64,000 nucleotides of DNA from an uncultured Planctomycetota bacterium (GTDB lineage: Bacteria > Planctomycetota > Planctomycetia > Pirellulales > Lacipirellulaceae), in contig CAVRBU010000001.1 of assembly GCA_963719315.1 (NCBI GenBank), forward strand, positions 32,001-96,000. The letters run 5' to 3'. Each line of letters starts with the position of its first letter. Position 1 is the stretch's first letter. Below, in pieces: positions 22,385-32,162 of the stretch. A model generated the notes under the pieces. It was not told the origin of the DNA, ran no database searches, and saw only the letters and a program-made list of their open reading frames with translations. The translations under genes and the position numbers were made by a program.

Positions 22385-22518
22385 CTAGTGCTTTGTCACA
22401 GCTAAAAATTGGGGTTGGGCGCATCAGCCGCAGGGCGCTAGCCCCCGGTTTGTGCCGCTCCAACCGGGGGCTAGCGCCCTGCGGCTAATCCCAAAATCAA
22501 GCTGTGACAAAGCACTAG
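22385..22518. mobile_element. MITE/REPIN-like element, family A
   Basis: 19-bp perfect terminal inverted repeats (ctagtgctttgtcacagct) enclosing a 25-bp perfect hairpin (22426-22486); between convergent genes. Confidence 0.8.
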
Positions 22519-22554
22519 ATTGTTTGGTGCTTGGTTTATACCGTCAGAGAACAT

Positions 22555-23712
22555 CTATATCCGTATGAAAATCTTGCGGCGATAGAGGTGGTACAGAATT
22601 AGCCACCAGATCATCACGGTCGCAAACGCCAGCAGAAACGGCTCGCCCGGCCCCAGGTGAGCCGCCAATCCGCCGAAGACGTTTTTGGCAATGGTTGAAA
22701 ATGGGATGAAGTCCCAGGCAACATAAATCGCGATCGCGTTCATGCCGACCACAACGAAGGGAAAAGCCCAGCGGCGGAAGCCCAGCGCATCGATCACCAA
22801 GTAGAAGAGTGCGAGCAGCAAATAGCTCCATCCGCCCGCCCACAGCACCATCGAGCTCGTCCAAATGTGCTTGATGATGGGAAAGTCGAGCCATTCGGCC
22901 CAGGCCCATCCGGCGCCTAGGCACGCAACTCCCAGCAGAGCGAGCGCCAGCACTCTGCTCCACGGCGACAAGCGCGACCGCAGCAGGTGCCCGGAAAAAA
23001 CGCCCAGCAGCACCGTGGCTGAAAACGTCATTCCGCTCAGCACCCAAGTGTACGGGGTGCCGTCCCGAAACCGACCCAGCACAAATTCGTCGACCGTCAT
23101 CGCCACGTTGGTACTCGGTTCGAGCACTCCCGTTGCATGTCCGGCAAGTGGAACGAATCTCAGCAACAGCCAATAGCCGACCAGCATCAACGCGGCAAAG
23201 GCGACTTGCGCGATGACGCTCAAATTGAGCATCACCAGCCCCGCGATCAGATAACCGACGGCGATCGCCTGCAACGTGTTTGCGAACACATGCAGCGTGT
23301 CTAATTTGAAATCGAGCAAGTGGCCCTGGCAGGCCATTCCCAACACAAACAGAATCACCGTGCGGCGGAAAATCTTCGCATAGAGTTGCCCTCGCGTTTG
23401 CCCTTCGTCGAGCCGCCGCGAAAACGAAAACGGCATCGCCGCGCCGACCACGAACAAGAACAACGGCATGATCAGGTCCCAGGCGGTGAATCCTTCCCAC
23501 TTCGTGTGCTCGGTTTGATAGCGGAGCCACTCGGGAACGGGCTTCGCAAACATCGCCACGAACGCCAACAACAATTCGCGTCCGCCCACGATCCAGAACA
23601 TATCGAAGCCCCGCAGTGCATCGAGCGAGACAATCCGTTCACCACTCGCGGGCGGCGCATCCGCAGGGTTTGGCAAACGGGTTGATTCATTAGCCGCCGT
23701 GCGATTCGGCAT
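22555..23712 (-). CDS. HGSNAT-like (heparan-alpha-glucosaminide N-acetyltransferase/DUF5009) membrane acyltransferase
   Basis: RIVSLDALRGFDMFWI, H..WEGFTAWDLIMPLFLFVVG, PIIKHIWTSS, VVGMNAI. Confidence 0.88.
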   Translation of the reverse strand: MPNRTAANESTRLPNPADAPPASGERIVSLDALRGFDMFWIVGGRELLLAFVAMFAKPVPEWLRYQTEHTKWEGFTAWDLIMPLFLFVVGAAMPFSFSRRLDEGQTRGQLYAKIFRRTVILFVLGMACQGHLLDFKLDTLHVFANTLQAIAVGYLIAGLVMLNLSVIAQVAFAALMLVGYWLLLRFVPLAGHATGVLEPSTNVAMTVDEFVLGRFRDGTPYTWVLSGMTFSATVLLGVFSGHLLRSRLSPWSRVLALALLGVACLGAGWAWAEWLDFPIIKHIWTSSMVLWAGGWSYLLLALFYLVIDALGFRRWAFPFVVVGMNAIAIYVAWDFIPFSTIAKNVFGGLAAHLGPGEPFLLAFATVMIWWLILYHLYRRKIFIRI

Positions 23713-23916
23713 GAGTTTCACATCCTTGGCCAAGTGGAAGAGGCGACGCCGCCTATCCGATTACCGCGCAGTGAATTCGCGTCTTGCCATCGAGCCGATG
23801 AGCCGTCGAATCGAACCGAGATAAGGAATGGCCAATCGCTTCACTGCAAGCCCCAGCGCTCCGTTGCGGCTCTATTATAATCGTCCCCGCACGGCGGCCG
23901 AAAGTCATGCCGGCGT

Positions 23917-24042
23917 CGGGTGGTGTCCTAATTTGCGGCACAACAAGCTTGTAGCACGGACTTCAGTCCGTGATTCTCGTACGGACTGAAATCCGTGTTA
24001 CAAAGCTCCGGTCCGAACGGTGCCAAATTAGGACACCACCCG
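23917..24042. mobile_element. MITE/REPIN-like element, family B
   Basis: 19-bp TIR cgggtggtgtcctaatttg; inner GTAGCACGGACTTCAGTCCGT doublet; inverted copy at 38346-38467. Confidence 0.82.
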
Positions 24043-24123
24043 GCGTAGCCGTTTCGCGCGATTTGAGGCCTTTGTCAGAGATGACATGCGCGCCGACTGT
24101 TTGCTTACACGTGTAATCGTTAG

Positions 24124-24594
24124 TCAGTCAACCGCACCGCTGTCGCGATCGAAGGCCTCGACATACCAAGTTTGGACTGCGACGCTTTGCTTTCGCATCC
24201 GAGCAATAAGTGTCGTTGCGACGTCGATCACGCCCTGCGTGTATTTCAGGGCCTTCGCTTCATCCGGCTCCAATTTAGGCGCATGCTGCACCAAACGATC
24301 TACGCTCTCACTGAGTTTCTCGCGCTGTTCTTCGATGGCACTATCTTCCGCTTTCAACAACTCGATTCGTGGCAGCAATTCCGGATTCTGTTTTGAGATG
24401 TCGTCGTACTGACGAGGATGCAAATAGGTTACATGAAAATGAATTAGCCTAGCGGCATCCACCCAGGTGCGCTGCAACTCGCCGATCCAGGCGGCAAGAT
24501 CGCCCGACACGATCGGCCTGATCAAACACGTTTCGAATGTGTCCAAAGCGTTTTTGAGTTCCGCTTCAGGATTGCCAATCATTGTAGCGTTCAT
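24124..24594 (-). CDS. Hypothetical helical (hemerythrin-like) protein
   Basis: 156 aa helical ORF, gagga RBS; H..Y..I....PEL...IE.L..ED pattern. Confidence 0.65.
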   Translation of the reverse strand: MNATMIGNPEAELKNALDTFETCLIRPIVSGDLAAWIGELQRTWVDAARLIHFHVTYLHPRQYDDISKQNPELLPRIELLKAEDSAIEEQREKLSESVDRLVQHAPKLEPDEAKALKYTQGVIDVATTLIARMRKQSVAVQTWYVEAFDRDSGAVD

Positions 24595-24751
24595 AATCGA
24601 CTAGCTTCCTCTTGATGTCGCGAGGTCGTAGGAGCAGGTATTCCCAGCGCGGCCTACGGCCGCAACCAAATCCATATTGCCACGAAGAAAACCCGCGGAA
24701 GGCAAAGTGCAACCTGATCCTTGATTCTACAGCTCCTGCCAGAATGCATTA

Positions 24752-24832
24752 AACCGCCAAGTCCGCCAAGATCGCCAAGAGAATTCATCGTCGTTCGTTG
24801 CTTGACTTGGCGTCCTTGGCGACTTGGCGGTT
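24752..24832. repeat. AACCGCCAAG..CGCCAAG 9-mer-periodic inverted repeat
   Basis: Inverted pair here; same family at 3213-3241 (single arm) and 56638-56718 (pair). Confidence 0.75.
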
Positions 24833-25025
24833 CGAATCGATCGGGTTGTTTGTTTGTTGTGTCTTTGTGATGCTTGTGGCTTTCTGAAAAAGGTTGAGCA
24901 GGGTGCGCAGTTTAGAAACGTTAGTAGCATGGATTGCTCCATTGTCCAAGAGGCCACGTCATGGGGACGCTGGAGAGATTCGACCTGAAACAACGTCCAC
25001 CATTAAGCCCACATAGGGCAGTCTC

Positions 25026-25040
25026 GCAAAGAGCGTGCCA
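25026..25040 (-). promoter_or_regulatory. Putative sigma54 (-24/-12) promoter
   Basis: TGGCACGCTCTTTGC on the minus strand, oriented toward the 24594 gene. Confidence 0.65.
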
Positions 25041-25657
25041 TCGTCATCCCGGCGACGCTTCAGCAATTGATACTGGAGCATATTAATCCGTACTGGTCAC
25101 TAAACGACCAGGTTCTTCACGGAGGAGGCAGTTGGCTTGCCACATTGGTCGCAACTTTGCCCAATTTCCAAGTCGATCCATTGGCGCGAAAAATGCGGTG
25201 CAAGCGATCCGCGGAGGATTGGTGGTGCGACCGTAGGGCGGATCGGCGAGTTGAGAGAGCGAAACATCGCCATTTCCCCGGACCCTCGAGTTGCACCAAT
25301 CGAGGGCAAGAATCGCGAATCGTCGCGCCGTGAATAATTGACGGGCTTCGCCATCGCGCGGCGAAGTTCGTGCCTATGAAATAACAATTGTGAGTAGGTG
25401 CAGTTCGACAAGCGATGTACGATCTAGTCCATCGCTGCGACCCACGGTCCGCACCCACGATGTTCAGTGTGCGTAAGTCTATTGCAGGCGATTCGGCAAA
25501 AACTCTTGAACTCGGCCCATCTGCCGCAGCACGACAAATTACCGGTGATATTGCGACCCGCAAACGCACTCATCCAGGTTGACCTCGAAACTGGTATAAT
25601 AGGAGTAACCCGCTAGCGCTTGCGCAAGAATTGATTCGGCCCGGCGTTAGTTTCGAC

Positions 25658-27784
25658 ATGACTGCGCAACTTTCTGAAGCCACCGCTCTGAGTTCGATGC
25701 AGACGACCGAGCCCGTCAACATCCTGGTCGTAGACAACGTCCCCGAAAAAATCGTGGCCATCGAAGCCACACTCGCGGAGTTGGGGCAAAATATCGTCAA
25801 AGCCCGGTCGGGCAACGAAGCGCTGGAGTGCCTGATGAAAGATGACTTTGCCGTCATCTTGCTCGACGTCAACATGCCGGAAATGGATGGTTTCGAAACG
25901 GCAGCTCTGATTCGCGAACGTTGCCGGTCCGAACACACGCCGATCATTTTCATTACCTCGTTCAATGACGACGTGCAAATGGCCCAAGGCTTTTCACTGG
26001 GAGCGGTCGACTTCATCTCGACGCCGATCGAGCCCGACGTATTACTCACCAAGGTGGGCGTGTTCGTCGATCTTTATCAAAAAACGGAAACGATTCGCGA
26101 GCAAGCCGGGCATCGCGCACAGTTGGCGCGTGAGCAAGCCGCCCGCCAGGTCGCGGAACGGGCGATGCGGCGTTCGGCGCTGCTGGCCGATGCGAGCTGT
26201 TTGCTATCGCGGTCCCTCGATTTCGACGCCACGCTCACCAGCTTGCACCGCACGATCGTGCCCGTCCTGGCCGATGGCTGTCAGCTCGTCCTGTTCGATG
26301 CCAACATGGATATCTGGTTCGCACACGTGCGGCCCGAAGAACCGTGCGATCGCAAGAATTCCTCGAGTTCCCACTCGCGAATTGAACAAGTTAATTCACA
26401 ATTGGCGGCGGTTGTTCGCGAGGCCGTCAAAAGCGGGCATGCCCAGCCGGTGGCGCCGGATACGGTGAGCAATGCGCCCGACCTGGGACCCAAAAGAACC
26501 TGGTCGAGCGTGATCGTCGCCCCGCTCATCGCGCGCGATATGCCGCTGGGGGCGATCGTGTGCTGTTTGTCGGGCTCGCGGCGGCACTTCGAGCCCACCG
26601 ATCTGGCGCTGATCGAAAACCTCTCCAGCCGCGCCGCGACGGCTCTCGACAATGCCCAGTTGTTTCAAACGATTCGCGAAGGCGAGCGGCGAAAAGACGA
26701 GTTCCTGGCGATGCTGGGGCACGAATTGCGCAACCCGCTGGCCGCCATTACGAACGCCGGCGAATTGACCCGTCTGCTCGAACCGAACGACGACTCTTAC
26801 GAAGAAGCTCTCGAGATTATCCGCCAGCAAGCCTCGCTCATGAAGCGCTTGGTCGACGATTTGCTGGACGTTTCTCGGATCACGAGTGGCCGCGTGCAAT
26901 TGCAGAAGTCGCTCGTCGACGCAGCCGAAATCGTCACCCGCGTTGCTGAATCCAATGATGTTCTGTTTTCCTCGCGCGGCCATAAGTTGCACCTGAAAGC
27001 GCCGCACGAAAAGGTGTATTTGGAAGCCGACCCTTATCGATTGGAACAAATCCTCTCGAATCTGCTCGTCAATTCGGCGAAGTACACCGATCCGGGCGGC
27101 GAAATTTGGTTCACCGCCGCACAAGAAGGCCAGGACGTTGTCTTCCGCGTTCGCGACTCCGGCATCGGCATGGGCCCCGACCTGCTCCCCAACGTGTTCG
27201 ATTTATTTGCCCAAGCCAATCGGTCGCTGCATCGCGCCGAAGGCGGACTGGGCATCGGCTTGACGATCGTCCGTGGTCTTGCGGAGCTGCATGGCGGACG
27301 GGTCTGGGCGATGAGCGAAGGATTCGGCCGGGGAGCGGAGTTCGTCGTATCCTTGCCGGCCTTGATTGAAGTGCCTAAGACAGGCGATTCCGAACCGCCC
27401 ATGCCGATCACCGCGACGACGCAACCACGCCGCGTGCTGGTCGTGGAAGACCAACAATCGCTTTCGCGCGTAACGGTGGCCCTGCTGCAAAAGCTGGGGC
27501 ACGAAGTCCGCTCCGCCGCCGATGGGCCGGAAGCATTGCTGGCGGTGCGCGAATACAATCCGGAGGTGGTGTTGCTCGATATCGGCCTGCCAGGCATGGA
27601 TGGCTACGAAGTGGCGCGCTGTTTGCGAAGCGAATGGGGCCAAGACGCGCCGATGCTGGTAGCAATGACCGGTTACAGCCAACACGAAATCAGCAGGCAC
27701 GCGCGGAGGGCCGAATTCGATCACCATTTGGTGAAGCCAGCCGACATCGGCGTACTAAAAGATTTGCTGACCCAAACCAAATAG
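25658..27784 (+). CDS. Hybrid sensor histidine kinase (REC-GAF-HisKA-HATPase-REC)
   Basis: LLDVNMPEMDG; FLAMLGHELRNPL; NLLVNSAKY, DSGIG, GGLGIGL; LLDIGLPGMDG. Confidence 0.93.
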   Translation: MTAQLSEATALSSMQTTEPVNILVVDNVPEKIVAIEATLAELGQNIVKARSGNEALECLMKDDFAVILLDVNMPEMDGFETAALIRERCRSEHTPIIFITSFNDDVQMAQGFSLGAVDFISTPIEPDVLLTKVGVFVDLYQKTETIREQAGHRAQLAREQAARQVAERAMRRSALLADASCLLSRSLDFDATLTSLHRTIVPVLADGCQLVLFDANMDIWFAHVRPEEPCDRKNSSSSHSRIEQVNSQLAAVVREAVKSGHAQPVAPDTVSNAPDLGPKRTWSSVIVAPLIARDMPLGAIVCCLSGSRRHFEPTDLALIENLSSRAATALDNAQLFQTIREGERRKDEFLAMLGHELRNPLAAITNAGELTRLLEPNDDSYEEALEIIRQQASLMKRLVDDLLDVSRITSGRVQLQKSLVDAAEIVTRVAESNDVLFSSRGHKLHLKAPHEKVYLEADPYRLEQILSNLLVNSAKYTDPGGEIWFTAAQEGQDVVFRVRDSGIGMGPDLLPNVFDLFAQANRSLHRAEGGLGIGLTIVRGLAELHGGRVWAMSEGFGRGAEFVVSLPALIEVPKTGDSEPPMPITATTQPRRVLVVEDQQSLSRVTVALLQKLGHEVRSAADGPEALLAVREYNPEVVLLDIGLPGMDGYEVARCLRSEWGQDAPMLVAMTGYSQHEISRHARRAEFDHHLVKPADIGVLKDLLTQTK

Positions 27785-28035
27785 CGATCGAAAGCGTACC
27801 TCCGAAGGCGTATTCGCATTTGTGAGTTGAAAAATGCCTCATCCTGCAATGTTGCGGAGTCGCAAAGTCGAACCTTGCTATCGCGAATAAGGTCGATTGT
27901 GCAGGCTATGCGGCTGATTTTGCAGTGAAGCGTTGCACCCTTCGCTTGCAAGCTGGGCCAGCCGCAGTTGAGAATAGATCAAGTGGCGGTTCTCGGCTGC
28001 GGATCGATAACCGAGAATGGATAGGAGTTGAAGCG

Positions 28036-29502
28036 ATGTCTCGTATCTTAGTAATCGACGATGATCGTTCGGTGCGACATCTGATCGCCAAGGCTTTCGA
28101 AGATAGCGAAGTGGAAGTTGTTCCCGCCGCTACCGCCGAAGAAGGCATGAAACTATTGGACAACCGTCAGTTCGATGTCGTGCTGCTCGATATCATGCTG
28201 CCGGAGTCTTCGGGTCTCGATCTGTTCGAACGCATTCACGAGATCGATTCGAAGCTTCCCATCATTTTCATCACATCGCTTTCCAGCAGCGAGACGGCCA
28301 TCAAGGCCATGACCTTGGGAGCGTTCGACTACCTGATGAAGCCGCTCGATTTGGCACGGATTCGCGACCTGGTGCGGCAAGGCCTGGAAATTCGGCGGCT
28401 CATGAACATCCCGGTCGAGATGCCCGGCGTTCACAACCTCAGCCAAAACGGGACAGCCGCGAATCGTAGCGACACGCTCGTTGGCAACAGCCAACAAATG
28501 CAGGAGGTCTACAAAGCGATCGGCCGCGTGGCGCCGCAGGATGTCACGGTGCTTATCCGGGGCGAAAGTGGTACGGGCAAGGAACTAGTTGCCCGCGCCC
28601 TGTACCAACACAGCCCGCGCGTGAAGGGGCAGTTTCTCGCCGTGAATTGTGCGGCGATTCCCGACGCCCTCTTGGAAAGCGAACTGTTCGGCCACGAGAA
28701 GGGCTCATTCACCGGCGCCGATCAACGCCGCATCGGGAAGTTCGAACAATGCTCGGGCGGCACGTTGTTCCTCGACGAAATCGGCGACATGTCGCCCCTC
28801 GTGCAAAGCAAAGTGTTGCGGGTGTTGCAGTCGCAGCAATTCGAGCGCGTCGGCGGCAACCAAACGATCACTACCGATGTCCGCGTCATCGCCGCGACGA
28901 ACCGGGACTTGGAAAAGATGGTCGAGGAGGGCGAATTCCGCTCCGATCTCTACTACCGGCTCAGCGGTTTCACGATTCAGTTGGCGCCGCTCCGCGAGCG
29001 GCCCGAGGATCTTGCGCCGCTGCTCGAAAACTATCTCGCCGCGTTTTGTAAGGAGCTCAATAAGGAAGTGCACGGATTCTCGCCCGAGGCCATGGAGGTG
29101 CTGCTGGATTACTCCTGGCCGGGAAACGTCCGTGAATTGCAAAACGTGTTGAAGCAGATTTTGCTTCGCTCGGCCGGCAACGTCGTGATTCCGGACTTCA
29201 TTCCCGATCGGGTTCGCTCGCCTGGGGCCGGCGCAACCGATTCCGGCGACGCCGGCGGAACGGACTTGAAGCAGTTCGTCGATGAGCGGCTTGCCGACGA
29301 CTCCACCGACTTGTACGCCGAAGCACTCGAATTCATGGAGCGATACGTCGTCACTCGCATCCTTCGCCTCTGCGAAGGCAATCAGTCGAAGGCTGCGCGG
29401 ATGCTCGGAATCACGCGCGGCTGCTTGCGGAGCAAGGTGAGGGCGCTAAAAGTTTCAATCGATACGCACGTGAAAGTGGAAGGCGAGCCAGTCGAAGTTT
29501 GA
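28036..29502 (+). CDS. Sigma54-dependent response regulator (NtrC/AtoC family; REC-AAA+-Fis)
   Basis: aggag RBS; GESGTGKE, ESELFGHEKGSFTGA, LFLDEIG, WPGNVREL, NQSKAARMLGI. Confidence 0.95.
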   Translation: MSRILVIDDDRSVRHLIAKAFEDSEVEVVPAATAEEGMKLLDNRQFDVVLLDIMLPESSGLDLFERIHEIDSKLPIIFITSLSSSETAIKAMTLGAFDYLMKPLDLARIRDLVRQGLEIRRLMNIPVEMPGVHNLSQNGTAANRSDTLVGNSQQMQEVYKAIGRVAPQDVTVLIRGESGTGKELVARALYQHSPRVKGQFLAVNCAAIPDALLESELFGHEKGSFTGADQRRIGKFEQCSGGTLFLDEIGDMSPLVQSKVLRVLQSQQFERVGGNQTITTDVRVIAATNRDLEKMVEEGEFRSDLYYRLSGFTIQLAPLRERPEDLAPLLENYLAAFCKELNKEVHGFSPEAMEVLLDYSWPGNVRELQNVLKQILLRSAGNVVIPDFIPDRVRSPGAGATDSGDAGGTDLKQFVDERLADDSTDLYAEALEFMERYVVTRILRLCEGNQSKAARMLGITRGCLRSKVRALKVSIDTHVKVEGEPVEV

Positions 29503-29536
29503 GTCGCGCCGGCATTAACGCCCAAGATTCGGACAA

Positions 29537-29896
29537 CTACGGCCAATAACTCCGGATTGCCGCGATCAGCGAATCCAGCTCCGACTCCAGCAAGTTCAGT
29601 TGAACGGTCGCGTTGCTCAAGTCGCCCGTGTGCCCCGCATCTTCCAGAACCTGAGCGGCTTGGGAAGCTCGAACACCCCCGCCGTTGATGAGTAGACCCT
29701 TCAGCGCATGGGCCTTGTTCTGAACCACCGCAATGTTGCCCGCCAGAACGGCGGTTTGCAATTCCGAGAATAGCGGCGGCGCGTCTTCCAACAGAAACGA
29801 CGCCAATTCGGCGAATAGCTGTGTGTCTCCGCCCAGCCGCGCAAGCGTCCCTTCAACATCCAAAACCGATGCCGGCGCTATGCTGTCGATACTCAC
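29537..29896 (-). CDS. Stand-alone Hpt (histidine phosphotransfer) protein
   Basis: LARLGGD..LF.EL...FL, AHALKG...GG...A..LE. Confidence 0.88.
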   Translation of the reverse strand: MSIDSIAPASVLDVEGTLARLGGDTQLFAELASFLLEDAPPLFSELQTAVLAGNIAVVQNKAHALKGLLINGGGVRASQAAQVLEDAGHTGDLSNATVQLNLLESELDSLIAAIRSYWP

Positions 29897-30038
29897 GGTT
29901 GAAGCCTCGAATAGTGCACCAACTCTTTGGCACTTGACGGCTCATGCAGCCCGCCGCTTCCATCATACTTACTCGCTCGGGCCAGTTGTAGCGCGAACCT
30001 CTGCGTTCGCCAACAAGTGAAATGTCGGCGCCACGAAA

Positions 30039-30221
30039 CTAGCGACAAGCGTTCGACGGCCAGGCAGCGGCACGGGGCGCCAAAATGAACTCGCGCAAAC
30101 GAATTGGCGCGTCGGGCGGCAACCCTCTGCGGCGGCGCTTTTCGTTGGCCGACCAGTTCCTGCGGATTCTCGCAGCTCGTTCGCGTACTTGTTCCAATTG
30201 GACAATTGTATTCGCAATCAT
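30039..30221 (-). CDS. Small basic hypothetical protein (60 aa)
   Basis: agaagga RBS and a -24/-12-like motif just upstream; VRERAARIRRNWS..EKRRRRGLPPD. Confidence 0.55.
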   Translation of the reverse strand: MIANTIVQLEQVRERAARIRRNWSANEKRRRRGLPPDAPIRLREFILAPRAAAWPSNACR

Positions 30222-30248
30222 GTTCCTTCTCCGTTTTAGGATAACGAT

Positions 30249-30263
30249 GCAATTACGCTGCCC
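30249..30263 (-). promoter_or_regulatory. Putative sigma54 promoter
   Basis: GGGCAGCGTAATTGC (GG-N10-GC) upstream of 30221. Confidence 0.45.
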
Positions 30264-30583
30264 TAGCGTGATTTGTTCGCCGCCTCCCGGCGTTTGCGTG
30301 TTTTAGCCGCTTTTTTGGCCGATGCGGAGCGCTCCGCTTTGGTGCGAGCGGCCGAGGCCCGGCCTCCCTTTTCGCCCCCTTTACGCGAGGGCTCTTTGTT
30401 CGTCGTCTTGCCGCGGCCTGAGCCGCCAGATTTCTTGCCGCCGTGCTCCGTGGCGTTTACGCTAGCCCACGCCCGCCGTTCAGCTTCCTTCTTGGATACA
30501 CCGCGGTCTTCGTAACCTTCCTCAATGTGTTCGGCCTTACGCTTTTGCTTGTCTGTGTATTTCGACTTGTCGCCCCGCGGCAT
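30263..30583 (-). CDS. Basic stress-type protein (MPRGDKSKYTDKQKR family, often labelled 'plasmid stabilization protein')
   Basis: MPRGDKSKYTDKQKRKAEHIEEGYE...AERRAWA, GGKKSGGSG, RKGG; start ATG 30583. Confidence 0.85.
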   Translation of the reverse strand: MPRGDKSKYTDKQKRKAEHIEEGYEDRGVSKKEAERRAWASVNATEHGGKKSGGSGRGKTTNKEPSRKGGEKGGRASAARTKAERSASAKKAAKTRKRREAANKSR

Positions 30584-30697
30584 GATGCACCCCTTTCTCT
30601 CCAGTGCGTTGAATGGTCGATGGTTCCAACTTACTTTCTCAAACTTGCTCGGACTGGTATCTTTTCTCTTTGTCTCTTTGCATGCCGAGCGAGGGAT

Positions 30698-30742
30698 GCA
30701 ACTCGCATGCCGACGATTAGGCCGGACCGGCACGCCAAGTGC
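30698..30742. promoter_or_regulatory. Divergent pair of putative sigma54 promoters
   Basis: Minus CGGCATGCGAGTTGC (30698-30712) and plus CGGCACGCCAAGTGC (30728-30742). Confidence 0.62.
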
Positions 30743-30823
30743 GACATTATTTAAGCCTGTCGTTATGACGTATCGAAGCGACACGGGTTATTTCACGAGA
30801 ATTGACCGAAATGGAATAAAAAA

Positions 30824-31348
30824 ATGGCAACAAAAGCAATCGAGAATCCCCCTTTTGAAGTAGGCGTATTTTCCTCCGTGGAAGATGCACGGCGAGCCGT
30901 CCATTCGCTGTTGGAAGCTGGATTTCAGCGCGAGCACATTACGGTCGTCTGTTCGGATGATACGAAAGAGCGCTATTTCAGCGAGTTCGATCATCAGCAA
31001 CCCGCTGGCACGCACACGCCAACGGCGGCCATTACCGGGGGCACGATTGGTGCCGTTGTGGGCGGCCTGACCGTTATCGCATCAGCCCTGGCCACCGGAA
31101 GCTTGGCGTTGTGGGCAGCCGGCCCGATCACGGCCTGGGCCGGCGGCGTGGCCGGTGGGCTTGTCGGTGCGATGATGACCCGCGGTGTGGAAAAGGAATT
31201 AGCCAATTTCTATCAGCAAGCGGTTGTAGACGGACAGATTCTGGTCGCAGCCGAATGCCATGGCGCGAACTGTCAGCCGATTCTCGCGAACGCGGCCAGA
31301 ATCTTGGCTGACGCGGGCGCTGCACCGCTCCCGATGCGCGAGGGTTAG
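30824..31348 (+). CDS. General stress protein (YflT/17M-like, glycine-zipper membrane hairpin)
   Basis: VGVFSSVEDARRAVHSLLEAGF..EHITVV; GGTIGAVVGG...AGP...GGLVGA; Y...V..G.ILV. Confidence 0.8.
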   Translation: MATKAIENPPFEVGVFSSVEDARRAVHSLLEAGFQREHITVVCSDDTKERYFSEFDHQQPAGTHTPTAAITGGTIGAVVGGLTVIASALATGSLALWAAGPITAWAGGVAGGLVGAMMTRGVEKELANFYQQAVVDGQILVAAECHGANCQPILANAARILADAGAAPLPMREG

Positions 31349-31492
31349 CAGGAAACACGTTGGCGCTCATGACTGCATCGGTTCAGGTACCGGAGAAATG
31401 GAAAGTCGCTCCACCGCCTCGGGCGCTATGTGTCGCACTGTGTCGCACACTGAACTGTGAATGCTCCAATGCAGATGCTAGCACCTCCTATG

Positions 31493-31507
31493 TGGCACAC
31501 TAAGTGC
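31493..31507 (+). promoter_or_regulatory. Putative sigma54 promoter
   Basis: TGGCACACTAAGTGC upstream of 31575. Confidence 0.62.
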
Positions 31508-31574
31508 TTCTCAGGCCAACGCATGAAATGGATCGTGGTTCGGTTGTTCGTTGTTTTGCAAAGGAGGATTTGTC

Positions 31575-32162
31575 ATGTCACGAAAGTTAGGATTACTGCT
31601 GCTGGCCACCGCGGCTATCGGGATGACGCTCGTCGCGCCAAGCGATGCCCAGGCAAGATTCCGTCGCGGCGGTAGTTGGGGCAGTTCCGGCGGATCATGG
31701 GGCAGCTCTGGCGGTTCGTCGGGAAGCTGCGGAAGTTGGGGCGGTTCTCGCCGTTCCTGGGGAAGCTGCGGCGGAAGCGGTGGAAGCTGGGGCGGATACA
31801 GCAACGGTTGTTGCAGTAACGACAATGGATGCGGCTGCAATCAAACTAGCAACTGCGGGTGCGACCAAAACAATGAAAACAGCAACGTTGAACACGCCGA
31901 GCACCACGAGTCGAACTACCGTGGTCCACAATATGACGGATCCGATCACCGCATCATGGCTGCGCCTACGGAAGGCAACATAGAGCGGTCTTCCAATCGT
32001 TCAAACGATCGACACGAGAGTTCGAATGCGGCCGACCGGGATCAGGAGCGTCACAAGGCCGATCGGAATCAATCGACTGACGAAAGAACTGAAGCGCAAC
32101 GAAATGATCCGATATCGCGGAAGTCGGAGGAGCAGACTTCCGACAAAAACCATCAAAAGTGA
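31575..32162 (+). CDS. Secreted low-complexity Gly/Ser/Trp/Cys-rich protein
   Basis: aggagg RBS; signal peptide ending AQA; SWG repeats, CGC motifs, hydrophilic tail. Confidence 0.75.
   Translation: MSRKLGLLLLATAAIGMTLVAPSDAQARFRRGGSWGSSGGSWGSSGGSSGSCGSWGGSRRSWGSCGGSGGSWGGYSNGCCSNDNGCGCNQTSNCGCDQNNENSNVEHAEHHESNYRGPQYDGSDHRIMAAPTEGNIERSSNRSNDRHESSNAADRDQERHKADRNQSTDERTEAQRNDPISRKSEEQTSDKNHQK

Noticed and set aside
30263..30583. Plasmid stabilisation toxin-antitoxin system
   Set aside because: No ParE/RelE features and no partner gene; it is a basic stress-type protein
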